Assembly (NCBI GenBank): GCA_965261015.1
Contig: CBDHCC010000001.1
Span: forward strand, 1,037,873-1,101,872
Direction of reading: 5' to 3'
Length of the DNA: 64,000 bases
Source of the DNA: Sphingomonadaceae bacterium
GTDB taxonomy: Bacteria > Pseudomonadota > Alphaproteobacteria > Sphingomonadales > Sphingomonadaceae
Shown here in pieces: positions 1 through 8,585 of this stretch (position 1 is the stretch's first letter; each line of letters opens with the position of its first letter). The notes under the pieces are model-generated. The model was not told the DNA's origin, did not search any database, and saw only the letters and a program-made list of their open reading frames with translations. The translations under genes and the position numbers were made by a program.

Positions 1-1570
1 TTTTCGACCGATCGAACCCGGACACCTGCGCGTCGAAGGTCTGCCCGACCTGGAAACGCTCCGGCCGCTGTTCGTCGCGATCCCGACCCAGATCGGTGCG
101 CTTGACGAAGCCGGTCACGCCATTGTCGCCGGCCTGCACTTCCAATCCGCCGTCGCGCACTTCCAGCACGGTGACGGTCACGGTCTGGCCGCGACGCAGC
201 GCGGACGGATCGGCGTCGGCAGACGGCGCGCCGCGCTCCAGCTGCTTCATGCCCAGGCTGATACGCTCCTTCTCGGCATCCACGTCCAGCACGACCGCCT
301 GAACGGTTTCGCCCTTGTGGTGCAGGTTGAGCGCGTCCTCGCCGGTCAGGCCCCAGGCGATGTCCGACATGTGGACCATGCCGTCGACATCGCCGTCCAG
401 GCCGATGAACAGGCCGAACTCGGTCGCGTTCTTGACCTCGCCCTCGACCTGGGTGCCGATCGGGAAACGGTCGGCGAAGTCGGCCCAGGGGTTCGACTGC
501 GCCTGCTTCAGCCCCAGCGAGATGCGGCGCTTGTCCTCGTCGACTTCCAGGATCTGGACCTGCACCTCCTGCGAGGTGGACACGATCTTGCCCGGATGGA
601 CGTTCTTCTTCGTCCAGGACATTTCTGACACGTGGACCAGTCCCTCGATGCCGGGCTCCAGCTCCACGAAGGCACCATATTCGGTGATGTTCGTGACCCG
701 GCCGGTGAAGTTCGCCTCGACCGGGTATTTGGCGGACACGCCCTCCCACGGATCGGCTTCCAGCTGCTTCATGCCCAGGCTGATGCGCTGCGTCTCGCGG
801 TTGATTCGTATGATCGACACGCGCACGGTGTCGCCGATGTTGATCATCTCGGTCGGGTGATTGACCCGCTTGTAGCTCATGTCGGTGACGTGGAGCAGAC
901 CGTCGATGCCACCCAGATCCACGAACGCGCCGTAGTCGGTGATGTTCTTGACCACCCCGTCGATCACCTGGCCCTCGTGCAGCGACTGAATCAGGCCGGT
1001 GCGCTGTTCGGCGCGCGTCTCTTCCAGGATGGCGCGGCGCGACACCACGATGTTGCCGCGGCGACGGTCCATCTTCAGGATCTGGAACGGCTGCGGCATG
1101 TCCATCAGCGGGGTGACGTCGCGCACCGGGCGGATATCCACCTGGCTGCCGGGCAGGAAGGCGACGGCGCCGCCCAGGTCGACGGTGAAGCCGCCCTTCA
1201 CGCGCCCGAAGATCACGCCTTCGACTCGCGCGGTGTCGTTGAATTCGTGCTCCAGCCGGTCCCAGGCGGCCTCGCGCCGGGCGCGGTCGCGCGACAGCAC
1301 GGCCTCGCCCATCGCGTTCTCGACCCGGTCGACATAGACCTCGACCTCGTCGCCGACCGCCAGCTCCGCCTTCTGGCCCGGCCCGGCGAACTCGCGCAGC
1401 GGCACGCGGCCCTCCGACTTCAATCCGACGTCGATCACCGCCAGGTCGTTCTCGATCCCGGTGACGGTGCCCTTCACCACCCGGCCTTCAAAGGATTGGT
1501 TCTCGCCGCCGAGTTGCTCGTCGAGCATGGCCGCGAAATCGTCGCGGGAAGGCATCGCCTGGGTCGCCAT
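1..1570 (-). CDS. rpsA: 30S ribosomal protein S1, N-terminal ~520 aa; the C-terminus runs off the window start
   Basis: Absent from the ORF track because there is no stop in the window. Reverse translation from ATG 1570..1568 gives MATQAMPSRDDFAAMLDEQLGGENQSFEGRVVKGTVTGIENDLAVIDVGLKSEGRV, followed by repeated S1/OB motifs (e.g. VKNITDYGAFVDLGGIDGLLHVTDMS). Confidence 0.93.
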   Translation of the reverse strand, partial: MATQAMPSRDDFAAMLDEQLGGENQSFEGRVVKGTVTGIENDLAVIDVGLKSEGRVPLREFAGPGQKAELAVGDEVEVYVDRVENAMGEAVLSRDRARREAAWDRLEHEFNDTARVEGVIFGRVKGGFTVDLGGAVAFLPGSQVDIRPVRDVTPLMDMPQPFQILKMDRRRGNIVVSRRAILEETRAEQRTGLIQSLHEGQVIDGVVKNITDYGAFVDLGGIDGLLHVTDMSYKRVNHPTEMINIGDTVRVSIIRINRETQRISLGMKQLEADPWEGVSAKYPVEANFTGRVTNITEYGAFVELEPGIEGLVHVSEMSWTKKNVHPGKIVSTSQEVQVQILEVDEDKRRISLGLKQAQSNPWADFADRFPIGTQVEGEVKNATEFGLFIGLDGDVDGMVHMSDIAWGLTGEDALNLHHKGETVQAVVLDVDAEKERISLGMKQLERGAPSADADPSALRRGQTVTVTVLEVRDGGLEVQAGDNGVTGFVKRTDLGRDRDEQRPERFQVGQTFDAQVSGFDRSK

Positions 1571-1750
1571 AAAGGGTATCGTCCGTTCCGTCTGTCCGGC
1601 CAGCCGGGCGTTCTCCCGGCGGTCTTGACCAGAGTTGCCGCCGCGCCGACCCCGTGTCGGCGTGGCATCGCGCGGGATGACGGCGGAACGGAACGGCAAA
1701 AGGGGGCGCGGACAGGCCACCGGATCGCTCCGGCCCCCGCGCGCCCTCGA

Positions 1751-2395
1751 TCAGCCCGGGGCCGCCAGCGGCGTCGCACCCGTCCGGTCCACCACGGCTT
1801 TCACCGCCCGGTTGACCGCTTCGTCTATATCGATGGCGCTGGTGTCCAGCAAGAGGGCGTCCGGCGCGCGCGCCAGGGGTGCCGCGGCGCGGCCCGCGTC
1901 GCGCGCGTCGCGGACCCGGATGTCGGCCAGCACCATCGCCTCGGTGAGCGCCGGGTCGCTCGCCGCCAGCTGGCACCAGCGCCGGTGAGCGCGCACGGCG
2001 GGCGCGGCCGTGACATAGAGCTTCACCGCCGCTTCGGGCGCGATCACGGTGGCGATGTCGCGTCCGTCCAGCACCGCGCCGCCCGGCTGCCCGGCAAAGG
2101 CGCGTTGCCGGTCCAGCAGGCGCGCGCGCACGGCCGGGTGGGCGGACACGACGGAGGCGGCGCGGCCGACCGCCTCCGTCGCCAGTGCGGGATCGTCCAG
2201 CGCGGCGTCGGCGAAGTCGCAGGCGGCCAGCGCGGCCCCTTGGTCCGCCGGGTCGCCGCCCGCCGACAGCACGGCGGCTCCGACCGCGCGGTAGAGCAGG
2301 CCGGTGTCCAGATGGGGCAACCCGAAACGAGCGGCGAGGCGTCGCGCGATGGTGCCCTTGCCCGACGCGGCCGGCCCGTCGATCGCGACGATCAC
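1751..2395 (-). CDS. cmk: Cytidylate kinase
   Basis: [22 protein letters not shown]-loop N-terminus. I prefer GTG 2395..2393, which forms a GTGA overlap with the upstream ORF stop, over the ATG at 2422 given in the track. Confidence 0.9.
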   Translation of the reverse strand: MIVAIDGPAASGKGTIARRLAARFGLPHLDTGLLYRAVGAAVLSAGGDPADQGAALAACDFADAALDDPALATEAVGRAASVVSAHPAVRARLLDRQRAFAGQPGGAVLDGRDIATVIAPEAAVKLYVTAAPAVRAHRRWCQLAASDPALTEAMVLADIRVRDARDAGRAAAPLARAPDALLLDTSAIDIDEAVNRAVKAVVDRTGATPLAAPG

Positions 2396-2640
2396 GCGCG
2401 CCGCTCGCGCCAGGCGCGCCACAGGCCGATCAGGGCCACCGTGATCCAGACGATCTCCAGGATGATGGTCGGCAGGTTGTAGTGGACGGTCAGCGACACC
2501 AGCAGCAACGCCGCGCCGGCCAGGTTCAAGCCATTGTAGAGGAAGGCGTTCATCGCCTTGGCGAGCGTCAGATACAGATACGCCGCGACGATCAGCCCGC
2601 TGCCGGCAAAGCCGATGACGTTGGCGAGCGTGCCGCTCAT
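2392..2640 (-). CDS. Small integral membrane protein (82 aa, about 3 TM) between aroA and cmk
   Basis: Hydrophobic 82-aa ORF, co-directional with its neighbours and coupled to the cmk start. No family recognised. Confidence 0.6.
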   Translation of the reverse strand: MSGTLANVIGFAGSGLIVAAYLYLTLAKAMNAFLYNGLNLAGAALLLVSLTVHYNLPTIILEIVWITVALIGLWRAWRERRA

Positions 2641-2683
2641 GGCTGGTGCGCCGCCGGCGTGATCGAAGCGAGGGGGGCGGTCG

Positions 2684-4021
2684 TCATCGGGGGGTCTCCA
2701 GAGGGGCGGATGGATTGACGGCAGCAGCGTCGCGCAGGCGGTCGGCGAAACCCGGAAAGCTGGTCGCGATCGGGTCGGTGTCGTCCAGCGTCACGCCGTC
2801 GCGGCTGGCGAGGCCCGCGGCGGCCATGGTCATGGCGACCCGGTGGTCCAGATGGGTCGCGACGGACCCGCCGCCCGCCAGCGGCGCGCCGTCTGTGCCG
2901 CGGATGGTCAGGCCGTCGGGCCGCTCCTCCACCGCCGCGCCGATCGCCGACAGGGCGGTGGCCATCGTCGACAGCCGGTCGGACTCCTTGACCCGCAACT
3001 CCTCCAATCCGGCCGTGCGCGTGACACCCCGCGCGTGGGCGGCGGCCAGGAACAGGATTGGGAACTCGTCGATCATGGAGGGGGCGAGCGCCGGATCGAC
3101 GTCGACGCCCGTCAGCGCGGAATGGCGCACGCGCAGGTCGGCGACCGGCTCTCCTCCCACCTCTCGCACGTCCTGCTCCACGATGTCGCCGCCCATCGTG
3201 CGCAGGACGGTCAGCAGGCCGGCGCGGGTCGGGTTCACGCCTACGCCCTCGATCACCAGGTCCGATCCCGGCACCAGCAGCGCGGCCACCAGGAAGAAGG
3301 CGGCGGACGAGATGTCGCCGGGCACGGTCAGCGCCTGGGGCACCAGCTCCGCCTCGCCGGACACCGCGATCGAACGGACACCGCCGGCCTGCTCCACCCG
3401 CACCGCCGCGCCGAAGCCCGCCAGCATCCGTTCGGTGTGGTCGCGGCTCGCCACGGGTTCTTCCACCCGGGTGACGCCCGGCGTGTTCAGCCCGGCCAGC
3501 AGCACGGCCGACTTCACCTGCGCGCTGGGCACCGGCAGGCGATAGGTCATCGGCACGGCCGGGCACAGGCCGCGCACGGTCAAGGGCAGGCGGTCGCCCG
3601 TGAACTCCGCCCCCATCAGCGACAGCGGATGGGTGACCCGCGCCATCGGCCGGCGGGAGAGCGACGCATCCCCGATCAGCGTGGCCGCGATCGGATGGCT
3701 GGCGATCAGCCCCAAGAGCAGACGCGCGCTCGTGCCGCTATTGCCCATGTCCAGGGCGCGGTCGGGTTGCAGCAGGCCGCCCACGCCCACGCCGTCGATC
3801 GCCCATTCGCCCGGCGCGGTCCGCTCGATCGTGGCACCCATCGCCCGCAGCGCGGCGGCGGTGGCGATTACGTCCTCGCCCTCCAGCAGGCCCGCGACCG
3901 TGGAGCGGCCGACCGCCAGCGCGGACAGCATCAGCGCGCGGTGACTGATCGACTTGTCGCCGGGCACGCGCATCCGGCCGGTGAGCGGGCCGGCGGGACG
4001 GAAGGTGGCGGGCGTGGGCAT
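2684..4021 (-). CDS. aroA: 3-phosphoshikimate 1-carboxyvinyltransferase (EPSP synthase)
   Basis: Internal ATG at 4021 of the 600-aa track ORF gives MPTPATFRPAGPLTGRMRVPGDKSISHRALMLSALA, the canonical EPSP synthase N-terminus. Product is 445 aa. Confidence 0.93.
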   Translation of the reverse strand: MPTPATFRPAGPLTGRMRVPGDKSISHRALMLSALAVGRSTVAGLLEGEDVIATAAALRAMGATIERTAPGEWAIDGVGVGGLLQPDRALDMGNSGTSARLLLGLIASHPIAATLIGDASLSRRPMARVTHPLSLMGAEFTGDRLPLTVRGLCPAVPMTYRLPVPSAQVKSAVLLAGLNTPGVTRVEEPVASRDHTERMLAGFGAAVRVEQAGGVRSIAVSGEAELVPQALTVPGDISSAAFFLVAALLVPGSDLVIEGVGVNPTRAGLLTVLRTMGGDIVEQDVREVGGEPVADLRVRHSALTGVDVDPALAPSMIDEFPILFLAAAHARGVTRTAGLEELRVKESDRLSTMATALSAIGAAVEERPDGLTIRGTDGAPLAGGGSVATHLDHRVAMTMAAAGLASRDGVTLDDTDPIATSFPGFADRLRDAAAVNPSAPLETPR

Positions 4022-4117
4022 CGGCGCCGCCGCTTTGACAGTCACCCCGCCGCGTGGCAATGCGCCGCCGCTCGGCCGCGTCGCACGCGCAGCCCACTCA
4101 CATCCAAGAGGCCCGTC

Positions 4118-4435
4118 ATGGTAAAGCCCGAATGGGGCACGAAGCGCACCTGTCCGCATTGCGGCACGCGCTTCTACGATCTCGGCAAGGACGATCCCGT
4201 CCACTGCATCAACTGCGAAAAGACGTTCCAGCCGGACACCGTGCTGAAGTCCAAGCAGCCGCTGCCGTTCGAACGCGCGAAGGAGCCGGACAAGAAGAAG
4301 GACGCGGAGACGGACGACGATCTGGACCTGGACGTCGACGAGGACGAGGAGCCCAGCCCGGAGAACGAGGTCGATCTGGGCGGCGACGACGATCTGGGCG
4401 TGTCCGGCGAAAAGGACGAGGACGACGAAAGCTGA
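4118..4435 (+). CDS. Zinc-ribbon protein with an acidic tail (FYDLN_acid / TIGR02300-like)
   Basis: MVKPEWGTKRTCPHCGTRFYDLGKDDPVHCINCEKTF followed by a D/E-rich tail. It is the real 3' portion of the spurious track ORF 2843..4435. Confidence 0.8.
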   Translation: MVKPEWGTKRTCPHCGTRFYDLGKDDPVHCINCEKTFQPDTVLKSKQPLPFERAKEPDKKKDAETDDDLDLDVDEDEEPSPENEVDLGGDDDLGVSGEKDEDDES

Positions 4436-4548
4436 TGCCGGGTCGGGTCGGGCGGCCGAGTTCCGCCCGGTCCGACCGCTTGCCAAAGTCCGTCGGCGGC
4501 CGTAAACGCCGCCTCCGCCGCACCGCCCAGGGTGCGGGGAAACGTTGT

Positions 4549-4624
4549 GGGGCCGTAGCTCAGCTGGGAGAGCGTCGCGATGGCATTGCGAAGGTCTGGG
4601 GTTCGATCCCCCACGGCTCCACCA
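4549..4624 (+). tRNA. tRNA-Ala (anticodon GGC), 76 nt with encoded CCA
   Basis: GGGGCCGTAGCTCAGCTGGGAGAGCG... cloverleaf folded by hand. Anticodon loop is ATGGCAT, TPsiC arm is GGTTCGATCCC, acceptor end is CGGCTCCACCA. Confidence 0.9.
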
Positions 4625-4634
4625 TTCCCCTCTC

Positions 4635-5540
4635 TCAGGCCGCTTCGACCGCTCGGGTCCGCAGCCGCTCTCGCCACACGATGTAGAGGCCGGACGCCGC
4701 GATGATCGGCGCGCCCATCCAGGTGCTGGCGCCCGGCCAGGTGCCGAACAGGGCCGCGCCCAGCCCGGTCGCCCAGATCAGGCTGGTATAGTCCATCGGC
4801 AGCACCACCGACACCGGCGCGAAGCGCAGCGCCGCCGTCAGCCCCAGCTGTCCCAATCCCCCGGCCAGCCCGACCGCCAGCAGCAGGCCCCAGGTGGCCG
4901 CATCGTGCGGTTGGGCCTGCCAGGCCATCAGCACCGCCAGCGGCGCGAGCGAGCTGGCGGTGAACCACAGCACGGTGGTCGCCGTCCCCTCCGTCCGGCC
5001 CAGCTGGCGGATCTGGATGGTGACCGCCGCCGTCATCAGCGCGCCCGCCAGCGCCACGGCGGTGCCCAGCGGGTGCAGCGTTCCGCCGCCCAGAAGACCG
5101 CCGGGCTGGACCACGATCAGCACGCCGGCGAACCCCACCGCCACCGCGCTCCAGCGATGCACGCCGGTGGGTTCGCGCAGGATGAGCGCGGCGAGCGCCG
5201 TGCCGAACACGGGCACGGTGAAGCCGATCACCGTCGCCTCCGCTAGCGGCAGCAGCGAATAGCCCCAGAAGTTCAGCGCCATCGCCGTCAGACCCAGACC
5301 CATCCGGACGACGTGCGCGCCCGGCCGAGCGGTCCGCAGCGCGGCCCGACCGGGACCGAGCGCGATCCAGGTGCCGATCACCGGCAGCGCGAACAGCTGG
5401 CGATAGAACACCGTCTCGACGATGCCGACCCCGCGCGCGGTCGCGAGCTTCACCAGCGCGAACATCACCGCCAGCGCCACCACGGCCCCCAGCCGCGCGA
5501 CGATGCCTAGGAGCGGGCGGTGGGGGTTCTCGGCGGGCAT
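4635..5540 (-). CDS. DMT superfamily (EamA-like) transporter
   Basis: About 10-TM hydrophobic 301-aa protein. The start is moved to ATG 5540 (MPAENPHRPLLGIVARLGAVV) because the upstream part of the track ORF translates an intergenic repeat. Confidence 0.8.
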   Translation of the reverse strand: MPAENPHRPLLGIVARLGAVVALAVMFALVKLATARGVGIVETVFYRQLFALPVIGTWIALGPGRAALRTARPGAHVVRMGLGLTAMALNFWGYSLLPLAEATVIGFTVPVFGTALAALILREPTGVHRWSAVAVGFAGVLIVVQPGGLLGGGTLHPLGTAVALAGALMTAAVTIQIRQLGRTEGTATTVLWFTASSLAPLAVLMAWQAQPHDAATWGLLLAVGLAGGLGQLGLTAALRFAPVSVVLPMDYTSLIWATGLGAALFGTWPGASTWMGAPIIAASGLYIVWRERLRTRAVEAA

Positions 5541-5573
5541 GGGTGGCGGGTAGCGGGGGAGGGGGGCACGCGC

Positions 5574-5680
5574 CAGTTCCTCCCGAGCTTGCTCGGGGAG
5601 GGGGACCGCTCCGCGCAGCGGAGTGGTGGAGGGGTGGTCGGTGACGAGCTGTTCGGAGGGTTCGCACCACCCCTCCACCA
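5574..5680. repeat. Repeat family A: nested GC-rich palindromes (CCTCCC..GGGGAGG hairpin plus GTGGAGGGGT...ACCCCTCCAC)
   Basis: CAGTTCCTCCCGAGCTTGCTCGGGGAGGGGGACCGC...GTGGAGGGGT...ACCCCTCCACCAC. It is nearly identical over its first ~40 nt to the copy at 12509. Confidence 0.75.
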
Positions 5681-5743
5681 CCAAGACGAGTTTGAGGAGG
5701 AATGGCAGTGGCACCAATTAAGCGTTCCGCTTACACCCGCCCC

Positions 5744-7273
5744 ATGAAGCACGCCCTCTCCACGACCCGCCAATCCGACTTCGCCGCCTGGTATCAGGAG
5801 GTGGTCGCCCAGGCCGACCTCGCCGAGGAGTCCGGCGTGCGCGGGTGCATGGTGATCCGCCCATGGGGCATGGGCATCTGGGAGCGGTGTCAGGCGCTGC
5901 TCGACCAGCGCATCAAGGCGACTGGCGCGCAGCCGGTCTATTTCCCGCTGTTCATCCCGCTCTCCTATTTCGCCGAGGAGGCGGAGCATGTGGAGGGCTT
6001 CGCCAAGGAGATGGCGGTCGTCACCCACACGCGCTTAGTGGAGCGGGACGGCACCCTGATCCCCGACCCGGCCGCCAAGCTGGAGGAGCCGCTGGTCGTG
6101 CGGCCCACGTCGGAGACCATGATCGGCCAGGCCTTTGCGCGCTGGATCCAGAGCTGGCGCGACCTGCCCGTGCGCGTGAACCAGTGGGCCAACGTGGTCC
6201 GCTGGGAGATGCGGACGCGCATGTTCCTGCGGACCAGCGAGTTCCTGTGGCAGGAGGGCCACACCGCCCACGCGGACGAGGCGGAGGCGCGAGCGGAGGC
6301 GCTGACCATCCTGGAACTCTATCGCGCGGTGGCCGAGGACTGCCTCGCCATGCCGGTGGTGGCCGGCGAGAAGCCGGAGCACGAGCGCTTTCCGGGCGCG
6401 GTCGCCACCTGGTCGATCGAGGCGATGATGCAGGACGGCCGCGCGCTGCAGGCCGGTACCACCCACTATCTGGGCACCGGCTTCGCAGAAGCGGCGGGCA
6501 TCCGCTACCAGACGGCCGAGGGCGATCACGCGCTGTGCCACACCACCAGCTGGGGCGTGTCGACACGGCTGATCGGCGGGCTGATCATGACCCACGGCGA
6601 CGACGACGGCCTACGCGTGCCGCCGCTGGTCGCCCCGTCACAGGTGGTGATCGTGCCCATGCTGAGGGGCGGGGAGGGCGACGAGGCGGTCTCCCTCTAC
6701 TGCCGCGACTTGGCCCAGCGGCTGCGGGGGCAGAGCGCGTTCGGCGAGCCGCTCCGCGTGCTGCTCGACGACGGCGCGCAGAAGGCGAGCGTCAAGCGCT
6801 GGGCGTGGGTGAAGAAGGGCGCGCCCCTGCTGCTGGAGGTCGGCCCGCGCGACGTGGCCGCTGGCAACGTCAGCGTGATCCGCCGCGACCGGCTCTACAC
6901 GAACGAGGGCAAGCTGGACGCCGCCGTCACCCCGCTGGAGCGCTTCGTGGCGGAGGCGGGACCGATGCTGCACGACATCCAATCCTCGCTGTTCGCCGAG
7001 GCCGAACGCCGCACCGCCAACCGCATCCACCGCGACGTTCCCGACATGGCCGCGCTGGAGCGGTTCTACGACGGCAGCACGACGTTTCCCGGCTGGGTGG
7101 ATGTGCAGTGGTCCAAGCCCACCGGCGCGGCACTGGACGCGGTGGTCGAGCGGCTGAAAGCGCTGAAGCTGACGGTGCGCAACGTGCCGATGGACGGGGC
7201 GGCGGCGGAGGGGACGTGCTTCTTCACAGGCGAGCCGGCGGTGGAGCGGGTGCTGGTCGGGCGGGCGTACTAA
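5744..7273 (+). CDS. proS: Proline--tRNA ligase (short form)
   Basis: MKHALSTTRQSDFAAWYQEVVAQADLAEESGVRGCMVIRPWG... is a class II aaRS with a ProRS-type N-terminus. ATG at 5744. Confidence 0.9.
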   Translation: MKHALSTTRQSDFAAWYQEVVAQADLAEESGVRGCMVIRPWGMGIWERCQALLDQRIKATGAQPVYFPLFIPLSYFAEEAEHVEGFAKEMAVVTHTRLVERDGTLIPDPAAKLEEPLVVRPTSETMIGQAFARWIQSWRDLPVRVNQWANVVRWEMRTRMFLRTSEFLWQEGHTAHADEAEARAEALTILELYRAVAEDCLAMPVVAGEKPEHERFPGAVATWSIEAMMQDGRALQAGTTHYLGTGFAEAAGIRYQTAEGDHALCHTTSWGVSTRLIGGLIMTHGDDDGLRVPPLVAPSQVVIVPMLRGGEGDEAVSLYCRDLAQRLRGQSAFGEPLRVLLDDGAQKASVKRWAWVKKGAPLLLEVGPRDVAAGNVSVIRRDRLYTNEGKLDAAVTPLERFVAEAGPMLHDIQSSLFAEAERRTANRIHRDVPDMAALERFYDGSTTFPGWVDVQWSKPTGAALDAVVERLKALKLTVRNVPMDGAAAEGTCFFTGEPAVERVLVGRAY

Positions 7274-7289
7274 CGCCGCCCCAGCAGGG

Positions 7290-7598
7290 TCAGCCCAGCG
7301 CCGCCAGTGCCGCCGCTCCTATGGCGACGGCGGCGAGCAGCACCATCTTCACACGGCCGCGTTCCGCCTCGAAGGCGGCCAGGGCGGGCCGGTCGATGTA
7401 GAAGCGGTTTTCCCCCTGCTCCCGGATCGCGCCGGCGGATCGCATCCGCGCAAAGGTGATCCGCTCCGCGCCCGAGCCTGAGCGGTAGGTGGTCGCGTGC
7501 TCCGGGTCGAAGGCTCCGGCCCGCTCGAAGTGATCGGCGATAGTTCGGCGGGCACGTCGGAACAGGACGGCGATAACGGCGGCGTTGGCTCCACTCAT
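7290..7598 (-). CDS. Hypothetical protein (102 aa) with a C-terminal hydrophobic helix
   Basis: Third gene of a co-directional cassette, 22 nt after the XRE gene. No family recognised. Confidence 0.5.
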   Translation of the reverse strand: MSGANAAVIAVLFRRARRTIADHFERAGAFDPEHATTYRSGSGAERITFARMRSAGAIREQGENRFYIDRPALAAFEAERGRVKMVLLAAVAIGAAALAALG

Positions 7599-7620
7599 GG
7601 TTTTTCTCCTTCAGGATGAA

Positions 7621-7836
7621 CTATGCCTTGTCCGGCAAAGCGAAGAGAGCTTCGACCGAACAACCCAGAACCCGCGCAAGGCCCAGCGCCAGCACCGTGG
7701 AGGGCACGAAGACGCCGTTCTCCACCGTGTTCACCGTCTTGCGGCTGACGCCCACCGCCTCCGCCAGCTCCGCCTGCGTCAGGCCGGCGGCGGTGCGCGC
7801 GTCCCTCAACCGAACCACCAGCCGCTCCTCAGCCAC
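7621..7836 (-). CDS. XRE/Cro-type helix-turn-helix transcriptional regulator (71 aa, YozG-like)
   Basis: LRDARTAAGLTQAELAEAVGVSRKTVNTVENGVFVPS is a classic HTH_3 motif. Confidence 0.88.
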   Translation of the reverse strand: MAEERLVVRLRDARTAAGLTQAELAEAVGVSRKTVNTVENGVFVPSTVLALGLARVLGCSVEALFALPDKA

Positions 7837-8266
7837 GGCGCTGGCGAACGGAGAAGGCCAGTGCCGGCGCGGCGACGGCGGCGGTCAGGACGCCGGTGAC
7901 GCCCAGCCGCAAGTCGGGCGAGCCGAAGAACACCAGCGCGAACAGGCTCGCCAACCCGCCAAGCGCCACGGCGTAGCCGACGCGGGCGGCCACCGCCTGG
8001 TCAGCGCGCGTGCCCTCGTCGTTCAGGATGGCCCGCTGGCGCTTCGTCCAGCGCCAACGCCCCGGACCAAAGGTCAGGACTAGCACCGACACGCCCCACA
8101 GGAACCAGGTGAGCGGATAAAGACCCATCAGGAACGCGCTGCGTCCGGTGTCGTCGGCATGGCCGAGCCAGATCGAACCATACAACACGAACAGCGCCAC
8201 ATAGAGTGTCGCGAGCTTGCCCCGACGAGCGCTGAACCGTTCCGCCTTTTCCACTTCCGATGCCAT
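7829..8266 (-). CDS. 4-TM membrane protein partnered with the XRE regulator
   Basis: ATG at 8266 preceded by AGGAGAG. Four hydrophobic helices. Overlaps the XRE start by 8 nt. Confidence 0.65.
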   Translation of the reverse strand: MASEVEKAERFSARRGKLATLYVALFVLYGSIWLGHADDTGRSAFLMGLYPLTWFLWGVSVLVLTFGPGRWRWTKRQRAILNDEGTRADQAVAARVGYAVALGGLASLFALVFFGSPDLRLGVTGVLTAAVAAPALAFSVRQRRG

Positions 8267-8585
8267 GGGACTCTCCTGTAACCGAGAGGCAACATGTAAC
8301 CCAAGGGTGACACGGTGCAAGTCCCTTTTCTCAAGGGCTCCGAGCTGTCAGCGCGGCCTCCCGGCTGGCCCCCACCCCGCCCCTCCGCTACCCCACACCC
8401 CATGACAGCCCCCGACCTGCCCTCGCGGCAGCAAATCCTCGACTTTGTCGCCTGCGATTGCACCACGGCCCCGATAAACGGGCAGGCGTTGTCCCGGTAG
8501 CGCTACGCGGATCGCCAGCACACCCTTGCCCGCAACCGCCGCCCCCTCCTATCCGTTCGCCACGCAGAACCATCAGGAGAGACCC

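Noticed and set aside
8400-8498. A 32-codon ORF, MTAPDLPSRQQILDFVACDCTTAPINGQALSR, whose first half resembles the N-terminus of alphaproteobacterial RNase R (..LPSREQILDFI..)
   Set aside because: The similarity rests on about 12 residues recalled from memory, and nothing RNase R-like follows in any frame. This is too weak to call a gene remnant.
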